DNA of 64,000 nt, filler included, from Guillardia theta CCMP2712 (lineage: Eukaryota > Protista > Cryptophyta), in assembly GCF_000315625.1 (NCBI RefSeq). It is 5 parts of 5 records of this genome, joined end to end, with 100 filler letters (N's around TTAATTAATTAA, not from the genome) between each part and the next. Parts side by side here need not be neighbours in the genome. Positions count along the whole stretch, not along the records: positions 50,265 to 61,020 come from NW_005434281.1; positions 61,121 to 64,000 come from NW_005434654.1; 3 more parts are not named here. One strand, given 5' to 3'. A model generated the notes under the pieces. It made no database searches and was not told the DNA's origin. It saw only the letters and a program-made list of their open reading frames with translations. Below, one piece after another: positions 53,673-64,000 of this stretch (the first letter of the stretch is position 1; each line of letters begins with the position of its first letter). The translations under genes were made by a program, and so were the position numbers.

Positions 53673-55487
53673 GTGCGAGAGAGGAAGGGGTTGGTGATGG
53701 ATCCGATGATCTGACCATGCGAGCAGACGGCGTCGGGTGTGTCGATGTACATGTGTATCATCAGCCGTCAATAGCGATGGAGGGTTGGGGCGGTGGGAGC
53801 AGGAGCAGGAGCAGGAGCCTCAGCGATAGCCGCGGGGGTCAAATCAGACATGTACGGACTTGTCTGGTTCCTTGTTGGCAAAAGCTGTCAGTAGGAGAAG
53901 GAAGGTGGAAGTTGAAGTAGTGCTGTGAGGGTTGGAGAACCATAGCACTCTGATAGAAGAATGCAGTCATTCTCGATCATGTTGCAACATAGTCAGGATG
54001 GGACAACAGCAGTGACGGTCCTTGTACTAGTACTGTAGTTGTTCACAATCGGTGCCGGTTGTACCCGACTTAAACGAGCTTCTTCTTACTGTGCCTCGCC
54101 TGAAAGGTCTCGGTCCGATGCCACGGTTTGCGTTGGCAATGCCGTTCAACGGTTACCGTACACGGGTGCCGTGTAACCGGCGATACTTGAGAATCATTGA
54201 GTTAGAACCGTGCCAGGTTTTGCCGCGGCAGTGCTTCATGCCGGCATCATGGTTCAACGGTTGAGTGACTGCGCCGGGCCTGGGACTCGGGAATCGAGTC
54301 CCGGATCACCGTGATCGGACCGTGTCACTGTGACTGCCAGTAGTACGGCCGACGGTCCGACTTGAACTGAGTCACCCGGCCGGCCGCGGCGAGTCTGAGT
54401 CTTGAACTCGGAACTTCGGAAGTTTGCCAGGACGGTGACCGTTGGACAGCCTTGCCAAGTCACAGTGTGGGCCCCGCGGCCCGGACGGCCCCGGGCCCCG
54501 GGCCCCCGGGCCCCCTCCGCGCCGGCCGCGGATCCGATCGGATCAGTTTACTCAAAGGATCACGGTAGTGAGGGCCGGGCGATCGGCATCGCGCCGGTCT
54601 TAACTAAAATATTACTCAAGTTGAACTCGTATATTCAATGTTTACTCAATATACTGTGTCGCCTTCCAATACCCTAACCACCCCCTATTTCTATATTAGA
54701 ACTACCCCTCATCACCCTGATGACAAGCTGACATTCCAAGATGTGTACCCCTACCCGTTCTTTGAGTAAAAAATATGGGGTGGGGTTTATTTACTACCCC
54801 CTTTCCACCCTAAGCGCTACCCCCATTGACCATCCCCGGGACCCCCACCCCCACCCCCACCCCCACCCCCACCATTCCCCAAGAACTGGTCAATTACCCC
54901 TCATGTTAACCCTATACCTGGGCGCATCACTACCCCCCTACCTAATCTCTGACCTACCTGTTAAATCAAAGGACCCTACCCTGGAACTTCTTCAAACCAC
55001 CTGCAGGTACAAATGTACCCTACCTCAATACGCTTGTACCCACCCCAAACAGGCTTTGATTGATTCCACCACCGGTCACCATACCACCTACCCTACAGTA
55101 AGTACCCCTATCTCCGTACATTCCTCACCCCCCTCTATTCCCCGACTTCTTTCCTTCACATTCCCCTACACGTGGAGTACCCCCACCGTCGTAAACCGAG
55201 ATTCACCCCACCCACTCCTGCTTGTCTCAACTACCCACCCTCATAAAATCCCTAGTACCCCCTCCCCAGTCAGCTGCTAGGTCTGAGAACAGGCAGTGGT
55301 ACTATTGACCACCCCTACCCTACCCCCTAACATCTCTCGATGCGTCCATTACCCCACCCCTGGTTCCCTCCCCCCTTCCCCCTCTCCCGCCTCCCTCTTT
55401 GCAGCTCTTTGCGATTGCTGGCCGCCACCTGCATGTCGGAATGGCAGCAGGAGCAGGACCAGGAGTAGGCGAAGAAGGAGCAGGGAG

Positions 55488-55520
<33 letters not shown>

Positions 55521-56307
55521 GAGAGGAGCAGGAGCAGGAGCAGGGAGAGGAGCAGGAGCAGGAGCAGGAGCAGCAGGAGCAGCAGGAGCAGTAGGAGCAT
55601 GAGCAGGAGCAGGAGCAGGAGGAGGAACAAGAGCAGAAGCAGGAGTAAGAGGAGCAGGAGGAGGAACAAGAGGAACAAGAGGAGCAGGAGAAGTAGGAGG
55701 ATATGATGACGACAACTATCACTTGATATCCTCGATGGATGACGCTACCTATGGCTCACGCTACCATCTTGTTTGTCTTGCATTGTTCATAGATTGAGTG
55801 CTGTACAATCCCAGTCCTCCCCTGCCGGCCTTGACCCGTTGAACATTCGAAATGTCAAACCGCGCTTCTCCCCTTGTTTTGAGATCAAAATCATTACTTG
55901 AAGAATGTTTTGCAAAGGGTCGTGCTTTGTGAAAGTGATCCAACCCCTTGTCATGAAATGCACGTACCCATGAGTGTTGTCTACACCTGGTTGAAATGTT
56001 GCCTTCTCTTATTGTTGTATTGCTTCTTTATTTGTCGCTGAATATTTGCCGTGATTGGTTCTGCCATGTGTCGTGAAGTTATCGTTGCTGAGTGGGTTGA
56101 ATTGTTTTACCTTGAGAAGCTAAGGTTTGCATCGTCTACTGATCACGTTTTCAGCAGAATAGGGTGGATATTTCTTTCAATTTTTTGTCGAGATCGCTGA
56201 AACTTCAATAATTCTGGTGCATGCCATCTGTTGTCCCTCCCCTCGTCCTAACTCGGGATGCCCTGCAGGGTGGAGCAGCGACTTTGTGGTCTCACTAATT
56301 ACGAAAC

Positions 56308-59300
56308 ATGACGGAGCTTGAGGTTCCAGAGGAGCAGAAGCAGCACGAGTTGCACGGACCAGAGATTGTCCTCCTCTTCTTGTTCATCTGTCTACTGATC
56401 GGCTGTGCCTGCCGATTCATCTTGGAGGTCCGCACGTCTCCCCTGTTTGACCAGCACCTGACGGCATTTTCAGGTGATACACCGGAAGCTCAAGATCAGA
56501 GTTCCTTACTCGGTCGTTCTATTGGTGCTGGGAGGTAGCTGGGGGGCGCTGGCATGGAAGAACCTCCAAGACAACGACGGAGAGACGAAGGAGCTCGCAA
56601 CCATGTACCCAGCGGTGTCAACCCTCAAGTGCTTGCCCTGACCATTCTCGCAGATCGTTGACGCTGTGGGCGAATATCGACCCGCATCTCATCCTCTTCG
56701 TCTTCCTCCCCGCCCTGATTTACGAGTGTGCCATGGGAACAAACTTCTACGTCTTCTCCAATCACTTCGGGAGTGCCATCATCCTTGCAGGTCACTCCTC
56801 TGCGTTCCCTCGTCTTCCCCTCCTGCTGCTCTTCTCCTCTCCCCCCGCCTCCCAGGCTGCTTTCCTCCCCCTCCACATGCTGTTTCAATGCCCCTTAGAC
56901 GTATCCTTTAGGTCCGGGCATGCTTGTCCAAACGTTCCTGATCGCGATAGTCGGGCGCTACATGCTCCCCTACGAGTGGGGATGGGCTGAGTCCATGCTC
57001 TTCGGAGGTATCCTGAGCGCCACGGACCCCGTCGCTGTCATCGCTCTTCTCAAGGAGCTCGGAGTTCTCCCCGACCTGCGCGTGCTCATCGAGGCTGAAT
57101 CTCTCCTCAACGACGGGACTGCCATCGTCGTGTACGAGCTCTGCCTCATGATCCTTATCGAGCCCAGCACCATCGGCAATTACGTCGCCACAGGGTTCCA
57201 GCTGGTGCTGGGGGCTCCTGCCTTGGGGCTCGCCATGTTCCTTGGGAGCGTCTTCTGGCTGAACAACACCAAAGACCCGATTCAGGACACCATCGTCACC
57301 GTGTGCACGGTAAGAGCCGAGGGAGGGGAGGAGCAGAGAGCTGAAGGAGCGGGAACAGGCGTACCTTGGCTTCTACGTCGCAGAGAGCGGAGCTGGAGTT
57401 TCGGGAGTTCTGACGGTGGTTACGATCGGCATCATGATGGCAGGGTACGGGAACACAAGCATCAACACCGAGGAGGCTGCGCACATGCTTCATGCCGTGT
57501 GGTCCATCGTTGTCTTCTGCGCAGACACCACCATCTTCGTGCTTGCTGGTGCTCCCCGCCCTCCGCCCCCTCCTTCCTCATCCCGTCCCCTTCCTCTTGC
57601 CCCGCCGTTCTCGCTTCCCCTCCCTTCACTCCCCTCGGGAGCCAGCTCCGCTTCCTCTTCCTCCCTCTCCTCTCCAGGGGAGTTGACTTGGATCCGTCAG
57701 GTGCGATCATCATTGAGCGAGGCTTCATCGCAAGAGAAGACGCCTTCTCCGGGTCGGACTGGGGCTACCTGATCGCACTCTATCTCTGCCTCCTCGCCAT
57801 CCGCGCCTTCATGGTCGTGATCTGCTCGCCCTACTTCCGAAACTATGGGTACGGGCTGCAGAGCCGCACGTGCTCGTGGGAGAAGTTTGTGAAGAACATG
57901 TTCATCGTCACTTGGGGAGGACTGAGAGGTGAGAGCTTGTTCACATGAGCGGCGATGATGATAATGATGATGGAGATGATGATGATGATGATGATGATGT
58001 CTCTTATCACCTTCACATCCTTACTATCTTCAGAAACTCCTCCATCCATATCCTCTCGTGCCTTTCCTTCTGCCTCAACTCTGTCCCCTTCTCTTCTCAC
58101 TTGTTCTTTTCAGGTGCCGTCGGACTCGTCCTCGCTCTCGCTGTCTCTGTGAACCTGGAGCTGCAGCATGCTGTGGTCGACGAGAGGTACGGAGATCGCG
58201 TCCTCCTTCACGTAGCCGGCATCGTCGTCCTCACCACACTGGTGAACGCGGCGCTGATGGAGAAGATCATCAAGATGCTGGGCATGTCGGAGGTGTCGCA
58301 TGCGGAGAAGCAGCTCTACGAGGGAGCCCTCAACTTCCTTGACGAGAAGCACGAAGAGTTTCTCGACACCCTCCAGAACCGGACCATCCACCCTGAGCTC
58401 GCCAACGTTGACTGGCATGCGGTTGCCGCGATCGTCGGCAAGCAGGCGCTGACTGGGCGGCAAGAGAATATGGAGGAGACGGAGGAGCTCGGGGGGAGCA
58501 GCAGCTACATGTATGAGAAGCGCCAGCACAGCTTCGCGCACTTGGACAGCCCAGCAGACATCGAGCGAGAGTTCCTGGGGAGATACCTCACCTCTCTCCG
58601 AGCAAGTTACACCGGGCAGTGGAACGCAGGGCTGATCGCTGCTCGACCCTACCGGCGGCTGCTGTGGGCGCTGGACATGGCTCTCGATCACTGCTACGAC
58701 TCGGGTGGAGACTACAGGAGGTTCGAGTGGCACTGGCTGCAGTCGGAGGGTCTGCTGGAGCTGCCGTGGTACCTGAGGTACCTGCAGGAGATCAGCTTCC
58801 TGCGGTTCGTGTGGACGTACCTGGTGGAGCAGAACGAGGCCGAGCGGTTCGAGATTGTGAGTGCGATCGTGCGAGCACACGAGGAGACGTCAAGGTGTGA
58901 GATCAGGCCCGGGGCGCTGTCGGAAGTGTTCCTCAAGATCCTGGACGAGAGCTTGACTGTGCGAGACGACGCAGAGCAGGTGCTCAAGTCGATGGAGCAC
59001 GAGAACTCCAAGATCGCCAAGTCAGTGAGGACGAGGCAGGCGTGCTGCCTGGTGCTGAAGATGTTCGAGGAGGAGGTGCACGGGCTGTCAAACTTGTCGC
59101 AGATCACGGACGGAGAGAAGGAGAGGCTGCAGCACTTGATCCACGACAAGATGACCAAGTGCACGACCCGCTACCCCAAGGTGGCGGTGCAGGCGAACGT
59201 GGTGCAGACATGGCCGATCTTCAAGTCGATCCCCACCAACAAGTTCGACGAGCTCTACGACTCGCTCGCCCTCAAGGCACATATCTTCCCTCAGGGAGCG

Positions 59301-60452
59301 GACCTCCTCAAGAAGGGCGAGCCCTTCCAGGGCATCTACTTCATCTCCCAGGGCCGCGTCGACTGGAGTACCGACGACTGCGCGTTCGAGGAGGAGGAGT
59401 GTCTGCTGGAGGAGGATGAGAAGCCCTCCAAGTCGGTGTCCTGCACACCAGGGAGCACCATCGGAGAGATCGAGTTCCTCCTCGCCAACGCCGACCTCCC
59501 CGCCCTCAACCGAGGCTCAGCCCGGGTCGTGACGCCCGACGTGGTCGCGTTTATGATCGGCAAGGAGCAGCTGAGCATGATAGTGGACAAGTACCCGACC
59601 GTGCTGCTCAAGCTCTGGCAGCACCACGGGCACATCCTCGCCAACGAGCTGCCGCAGCTGTTCGAGAACATGACGACTGAGATCCCCTTCAGCAACGCGA
59701 GTCTCAAGACGCTGATCAAGGGCAGGAAGCACGTCATCCGGTACCCCTGCCTCCTCGTGCAGGGAGCCGTGAGGCTCTCGAAGCAGCCGCTGCTGGTGGG
59801 ACGCAAGTACGGGGAGGAGAAGAGACCCTTTGTGTTCATCTCCCAGGAGACTGCACTTCACATTGAGTGCACGGGGGAGCACAACAGGATCCTAACCTTC
59901 ACGCCCGAGCACGAGTCGATCGTCGAGAGGCGGTCGGCTGAGATGTCAAGGGTGCCATGGAGGAACAGGAACATTAACGAGGCCGTCGAGGCCGTCGAGC
60001 ACGCGCATCGGGTGTCCACGGAGATCCGACGGTCCATCGAGGGGAGGAGGTCGGTCGAGCACATGCGCAGCAACGCCTCCGGAGGAGTCGACGAGGCCCC
60101 CGGCTCCCCCAGCACAGGCCTGATCCGGCTCTCCGTCGAGATGCCGCGAAGCCCCGGGTACCATCGGTGGCAGCGAGCGGTCGAGGGGATGGGACCCTCA
60201 GGTCCTCTCCCCTCCCTCCCCTCGCTGGAGCTGGAGATGGATGAGATAGAGAAGGGAGAGGAGGAGGAGGAGGAGGAGGGGCAGAGCTCGCTCATCGGCA
60301 CCAACGGAAACGGCATCAAGCATGCGAACGGAAACGGCATCGAGCATGCGAACGGAAACGGTATCGAGCATGCGAACGGCAACGGAAACGGAAGTTATAC
60401 CCCTCGGGAGGAGGAGGAGGAGGTGAAGGATATGAGGACATACAGGGTGTGA
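56308..60452 (+). CDS. Na+/H+ antiporter, CPA1 SOS1/NHX7-SLC9C-like, with cyclic-nucleotide-binding-like domain
   Basis: IDPHLILFVFLPALIYE, SATDPVAV, ESLLNDGTAIV, WGGLRGAVGLVLAL; long cytosolic tail with KKGEPFQGIYFISQGRV..GSTIGEIEFL. Upstream exons are possible. Confidence 0.92.
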
Positions 60453-60732
60453 GCCGCGAAGGAAGAGACAGAAAGTGATCTGGGTTGTTCCTCCTCCCCC
60501 TCTCCCACTTGCCGGCTGGATGAAATTGTGGGATTTTGAGTGAACCAGTGTGATTGAAGTTACAAACTTTATCATCATCTCCATCTTCTTCTTCTTCTCC
60601 ATCTTCTTCTTCTTCTTCTTCTCCATCTTCTTCTTCTTCTTCTTCTTCTTCTTCTTGACTCCTTCACATCAAGTCTTCCTTCTTGTATCCCTCCTGCTCC
60701 TACTTTCAGCCATCCCTTCCTCCCGCTCTCCG

Positions 60733-61009
60733 TCACCTCAGCGAGGATGGTGGTGAAGATGTTGGTGGCGTAGGTAGTGACGAAGGCGGAGATGGCGACG
60801 AGCGCGACCTGAACGAATTTGAGGAAGAGGAAGATAAGGAGGGATGAAGGTAGAGCAGAGAAAGAGGAAGATACGGAGAGATGAAGGTAGAGCAGCAGAG
60901 CAGAGAAAAGGAGAGGAAGCTTGCTGACCGTCTCAATAATCACTGCTCCTCTTGTTTGCTCCTCCAAGCGTGAACTTTCAGTCGCTGCCTGATGGCTTGT
61001 CAGACCCAC
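60733..61009 (-). CDS. Fragment of a hypothetical gene truncated by gap
   Basis: Exon-like VALVAISAFVTTYATNIFTTILAE bounded by AG/GT, plus an exon at 60930-61009. Confidence 0.3.
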
Positions 61010-61264
61010 CCTCTCCTCCTNNNNNNNNNNNNNNNNNNNNNNNNNNNNNNNNNNNNNNNNNNNNTTAATTAATTAANNNNNNNNNNNNNNNNNNNNNNNN
61101 NNNNNNNNNNNNNNNNNNNNGACTGACTGACTGACTGACTGACTGACTGACTGACTGACTGACTGACTGACTGACTGACTGACTGACTGACTGACTGACT
61201 GACTGACTGACTGACTGACTGACTGACTGACTGACTGATTTCTCTTTTCCATTGGATCTTATCA

Positions 61265-61956
61265 GATCAAAGCAATCTTACAAACGTTTCGAGCAAGTGG
61301 GATCATGCTTCTCAACGTGTTAGGAATGCTCTTCATATTTGCCTTCCTTATCGCTGTAACAGGAAAGTAGTCTCCTCCCCCTCCTCCTTCTCTTTCATGC
61401 AGCCTCCTCTCCTCCTCTCCTCCTCTCCTCCTCTCCTCCTCTCCTCCTCCTCCTCGCTGCCGCGTGGCCCCCTTTCCTTCTTCGCCTCTCCTCCTCTCCT
61501 CCTCTCCTCCTCTTCCCCTCTCCTCCTCTCATGTCTCTTCAGGGGTTCAGCTTTACGGCAATCTCTGCACGAAATCAGACGCGATGCAAGCAGGAATCAG
61601 GGGGATGAGATGCAAAGTTTGTCTTTTTCATGAGACTCACCTGATGCTGACTCTGCTCTCAGCTTGTTGATCCGGAAGCTCTTCTAGACGACCAGGTGTC
61701 ATGTCATGTCATGTCATGTCATGTCATGTCTTGTCTTGTCATGTCTTGTCATGTCTTTTCTTGTCTTGTCTTGTCTTGTCATGTCATGTCATGTCATGTC
61801 ATGTCATGTCATGTCTTGTCTTGTCTTGTCTTGTCTTGTCTTGTCTTGTCATGTCTTCTTCACCTCACATTGCACTTCTTCATGCAGTTCAACTTCAAGA
61901 ATCTTCCATCTGGCATGGTGAGCTTCTGCTTCTCAGGGTCATGTTGCCTAACTCGT

Positions 61957-62045
<89 letters not shown>

Positions 62046-63337
62046 CCTTCAGTTTGTTCTTCTCCAATTCCTCATGGTCAACGGCTGGACCAAGCTTCTC
62101 AGCATCTTCACTCTCAGCTCCTTGCCTCGCGCCCCAACGCCCTGGAGGATGCGGTTCCCTTCATCCAACAGGCTCTTGCCCTTGTGAGCCTCCTCTCTTC
62201 GAGCTCCACCACCACCACCACCACCACCTCCTCCTCCTCCTCCTCCTCCTCCTCTTGCTTGTGCTGCAGCTGCTGTTCCTCTCCCCTCCTTCCTCTCCTC
62301 CACCTCCACCTCTCTCTCCTCCATCCTCCTCCTCCCCCTCTTCCTTCTTCTCCTCTCCCCGCTTCCCCTTTCCTCGTTCTGTTTGTTCACTTGCCTTCTC
62401 ACTTGCTGCAGCTCAATACCACAGATTCCGTTTCGGCACGAGCTGCTGACGTGGAGTTGCTTCTTGGGAACGCAAGAGCGCTCCTACCCGAGTGCTTGAC
62501 CGGACAGGTGAAGAGGAGGAGAGGACAATAGAAGGAGGAGAAGAGGACAAGACAAGGAGGAGGAGGAGAGGACAAGACAAGGAGGAGGAGGAGAGGACAA
62601 GACAAGGAGGAGGAGGAGAGGACAAGACAAGGAGGAGGAGGAGAGGACAAGACAAGGAAGAGGAGGAGAGGACAAGACAAGGAAGAGGAGGAGAGGACAA
62701 GACAAGGAGGAGTGACAGCTTGCGATTAGGAGCTGAACTATCTGGAGGCGAAGTATCTCGTCGACTGCACGAGAGATCAGGCATTCATCTCATCATCAAC
62801 TTTCACTTCCTCTCCCTCCCTCTTCTCCCTTCTCATCTCTTCCTCTGGCCGTTGTTTCCTGCTCCTGCTCCTGCTCCTGCTCTTGCTCCTCCTTCTCCTT
62901 GCTGAGTCTGCGTCAGGTTGGGCCGGGCAACTGCGACAGCACGTGCGGGAACTGGTCGGCGTACTTCCTCCTGCCCTTCTTTCTCTTCATCGGCGTGTAC
63001 ATCATGCTCAACTTGGTGATCTCGGCCCTTCTCCGCAACTACTCGGCCGCCTGCTCCTTCTCCTCCTTCGCCGACCAATACGTCATCTTCGAGCCTATGG
63101 GACCCAAGCTCACCAAGCGCCAGCTGCTGCAGGTTGAGGATGGGAGAGAGTGGCAGAGGAGCATGTAGAAGAGGAGGGAAGACCTTAGAGGAGGAGGAGG
63201 AGGGGGAGGGGGAGGATGAGGAGGAGAGGGTAAGACAACTGCAGGTGTTGAAGAAGTGGAGGAAGCAAGCACGACTGAGAGACTTGTATGTCAACGAGCT
63301 CAAGGAAGCGAGAAGAATGGCGTTAGTCATGCGGTAA
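61265..63337 (+). CDS. Voltage-gated cation channel, last S5-pore-S6 repeat and C-terminus (Cav/Nav/TPC-like); 5' part in gap
   Basis: Exons LLNVLGMLFIFAFLIAVT, GVQLYGNLC, NFKNLPSGM, FVLLQFLMVNGW, CGNWSAYFLLPFFLFIGVYIMLNLVISALLRNY. Confidence 0.75.
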
Positions 63338-63419
63338 GAAGCTCACGGCGATAAGGAGGAAGGAGGAGAAGGGAAGGAGAGAAGGAGGGAAGTGGTGGGG
63401 GAAAGAGCAAGTGACAGCA

Positions 63420-63956
63420 AGTAACGATGTGTCAGTGACCAACTGATCGACGCCATCCAGCAGGGCAGCAGGTGACGTTGGTTGCCTTGCTTCTCCTCTA
63501 CGCATTGCTCTCCCTGCCTCCTCGTCCTCCTCTTCCTCCCACTCTGCCATCGTCCTTGTCCTTGTTCTTGTCTTCCATTTCCTCAGATTGTCTGATATCT
63601 TCTGCATCCTCTTTTGCTTCTTCCATGAATGCTAAGCAGGCAAACTGCTCGTGAACTGCTTGAAGACTTGGGGATGGACAGGTTGTGGGCAGGAGAGGGA
63701 AGGGAGGAAGAGGAGGAGGAGGAGGAGCAGCAGCAGCAGCAGGAGGAGGGCGAGGGAGGAGGAGGGAGAGACTGAGATCTTGGCAGGCTGGAGTCGGAGG
63801 GAGTGAAGGAGATGCTGCTGGATCTGAGTAAGATGACCCGCGAGATGTCCAAGGAAAGTCAAACAGCTGAAAAGATTTCCGACTTGTTCGCAAGGACATT
63901 CGCAAAGTGGCAGGTAGACCGACGATCTCCTTGTTCTTTGATGAAGACGATGACAA
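63420..63956 (-). CDS. 3' part of a hypothetical gene entering from the window end
   Basis: Exon-like NKEIVGLPATLRMSLRTSRKSFQLFDFPW and LQAVHEQFACLAFMEEAKED between simple-repeat introns. Confidence 0.35.
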
Positions 63957-63960
63957 TGAA

Positions 63961-64000
<40 letters not shown>

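Overview
Eukaryotic draft-genome window with N gaps, some carrying a TTAATTAATTAA spacer. GC-rich genes, short GT-AG introns often filled with microsatellites, a signal peptide + 'A-F' plastid targeting motif and TTTAGGG repeats point to a cryptophyte alga such as Guillardia theta (inference only). The window has two compartments. (1) 1-15.7 kb is repeat-rich: a decayed CRE-clade RT/restriction-like-endonuclease (RLE) retrotransposon carrying a fold-back + (TTTAGGG)3 insertion, a patchwork of its 3' region in both orientations, a second RLE-type relic, a kinase with a ROCO-associated C-terminal domain, Crypton- and gag-like relics, a 23-bp minisatellite and a >2.2-kb 32/33-bp satellite with higher-order structure. 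(2) 15.8-64 kb is gene-dense: a LamG protein, a very large plastid-targeted repeat protein, a Gly-pentapeptide membrane protein, proline iminopeptidase, an EGF + mid-SUN protein, VPS50/syndetin, an RWP-RK factor, a SOS1/SLC9C-like Na+/H+ antiporter and a voltage-gated channel fragment. The best novelty candidate is the plastid protein at 22228-29544. It has 4 Tudor/SH3-like modules, a 157-aa tandem helical repeat and many FGGLFG-like motifs in Pro/Ala spacers, which suggests a multivalent pyrenoid or thylakoid scaffold. Exon joins were read by eye, and no database searches were run.
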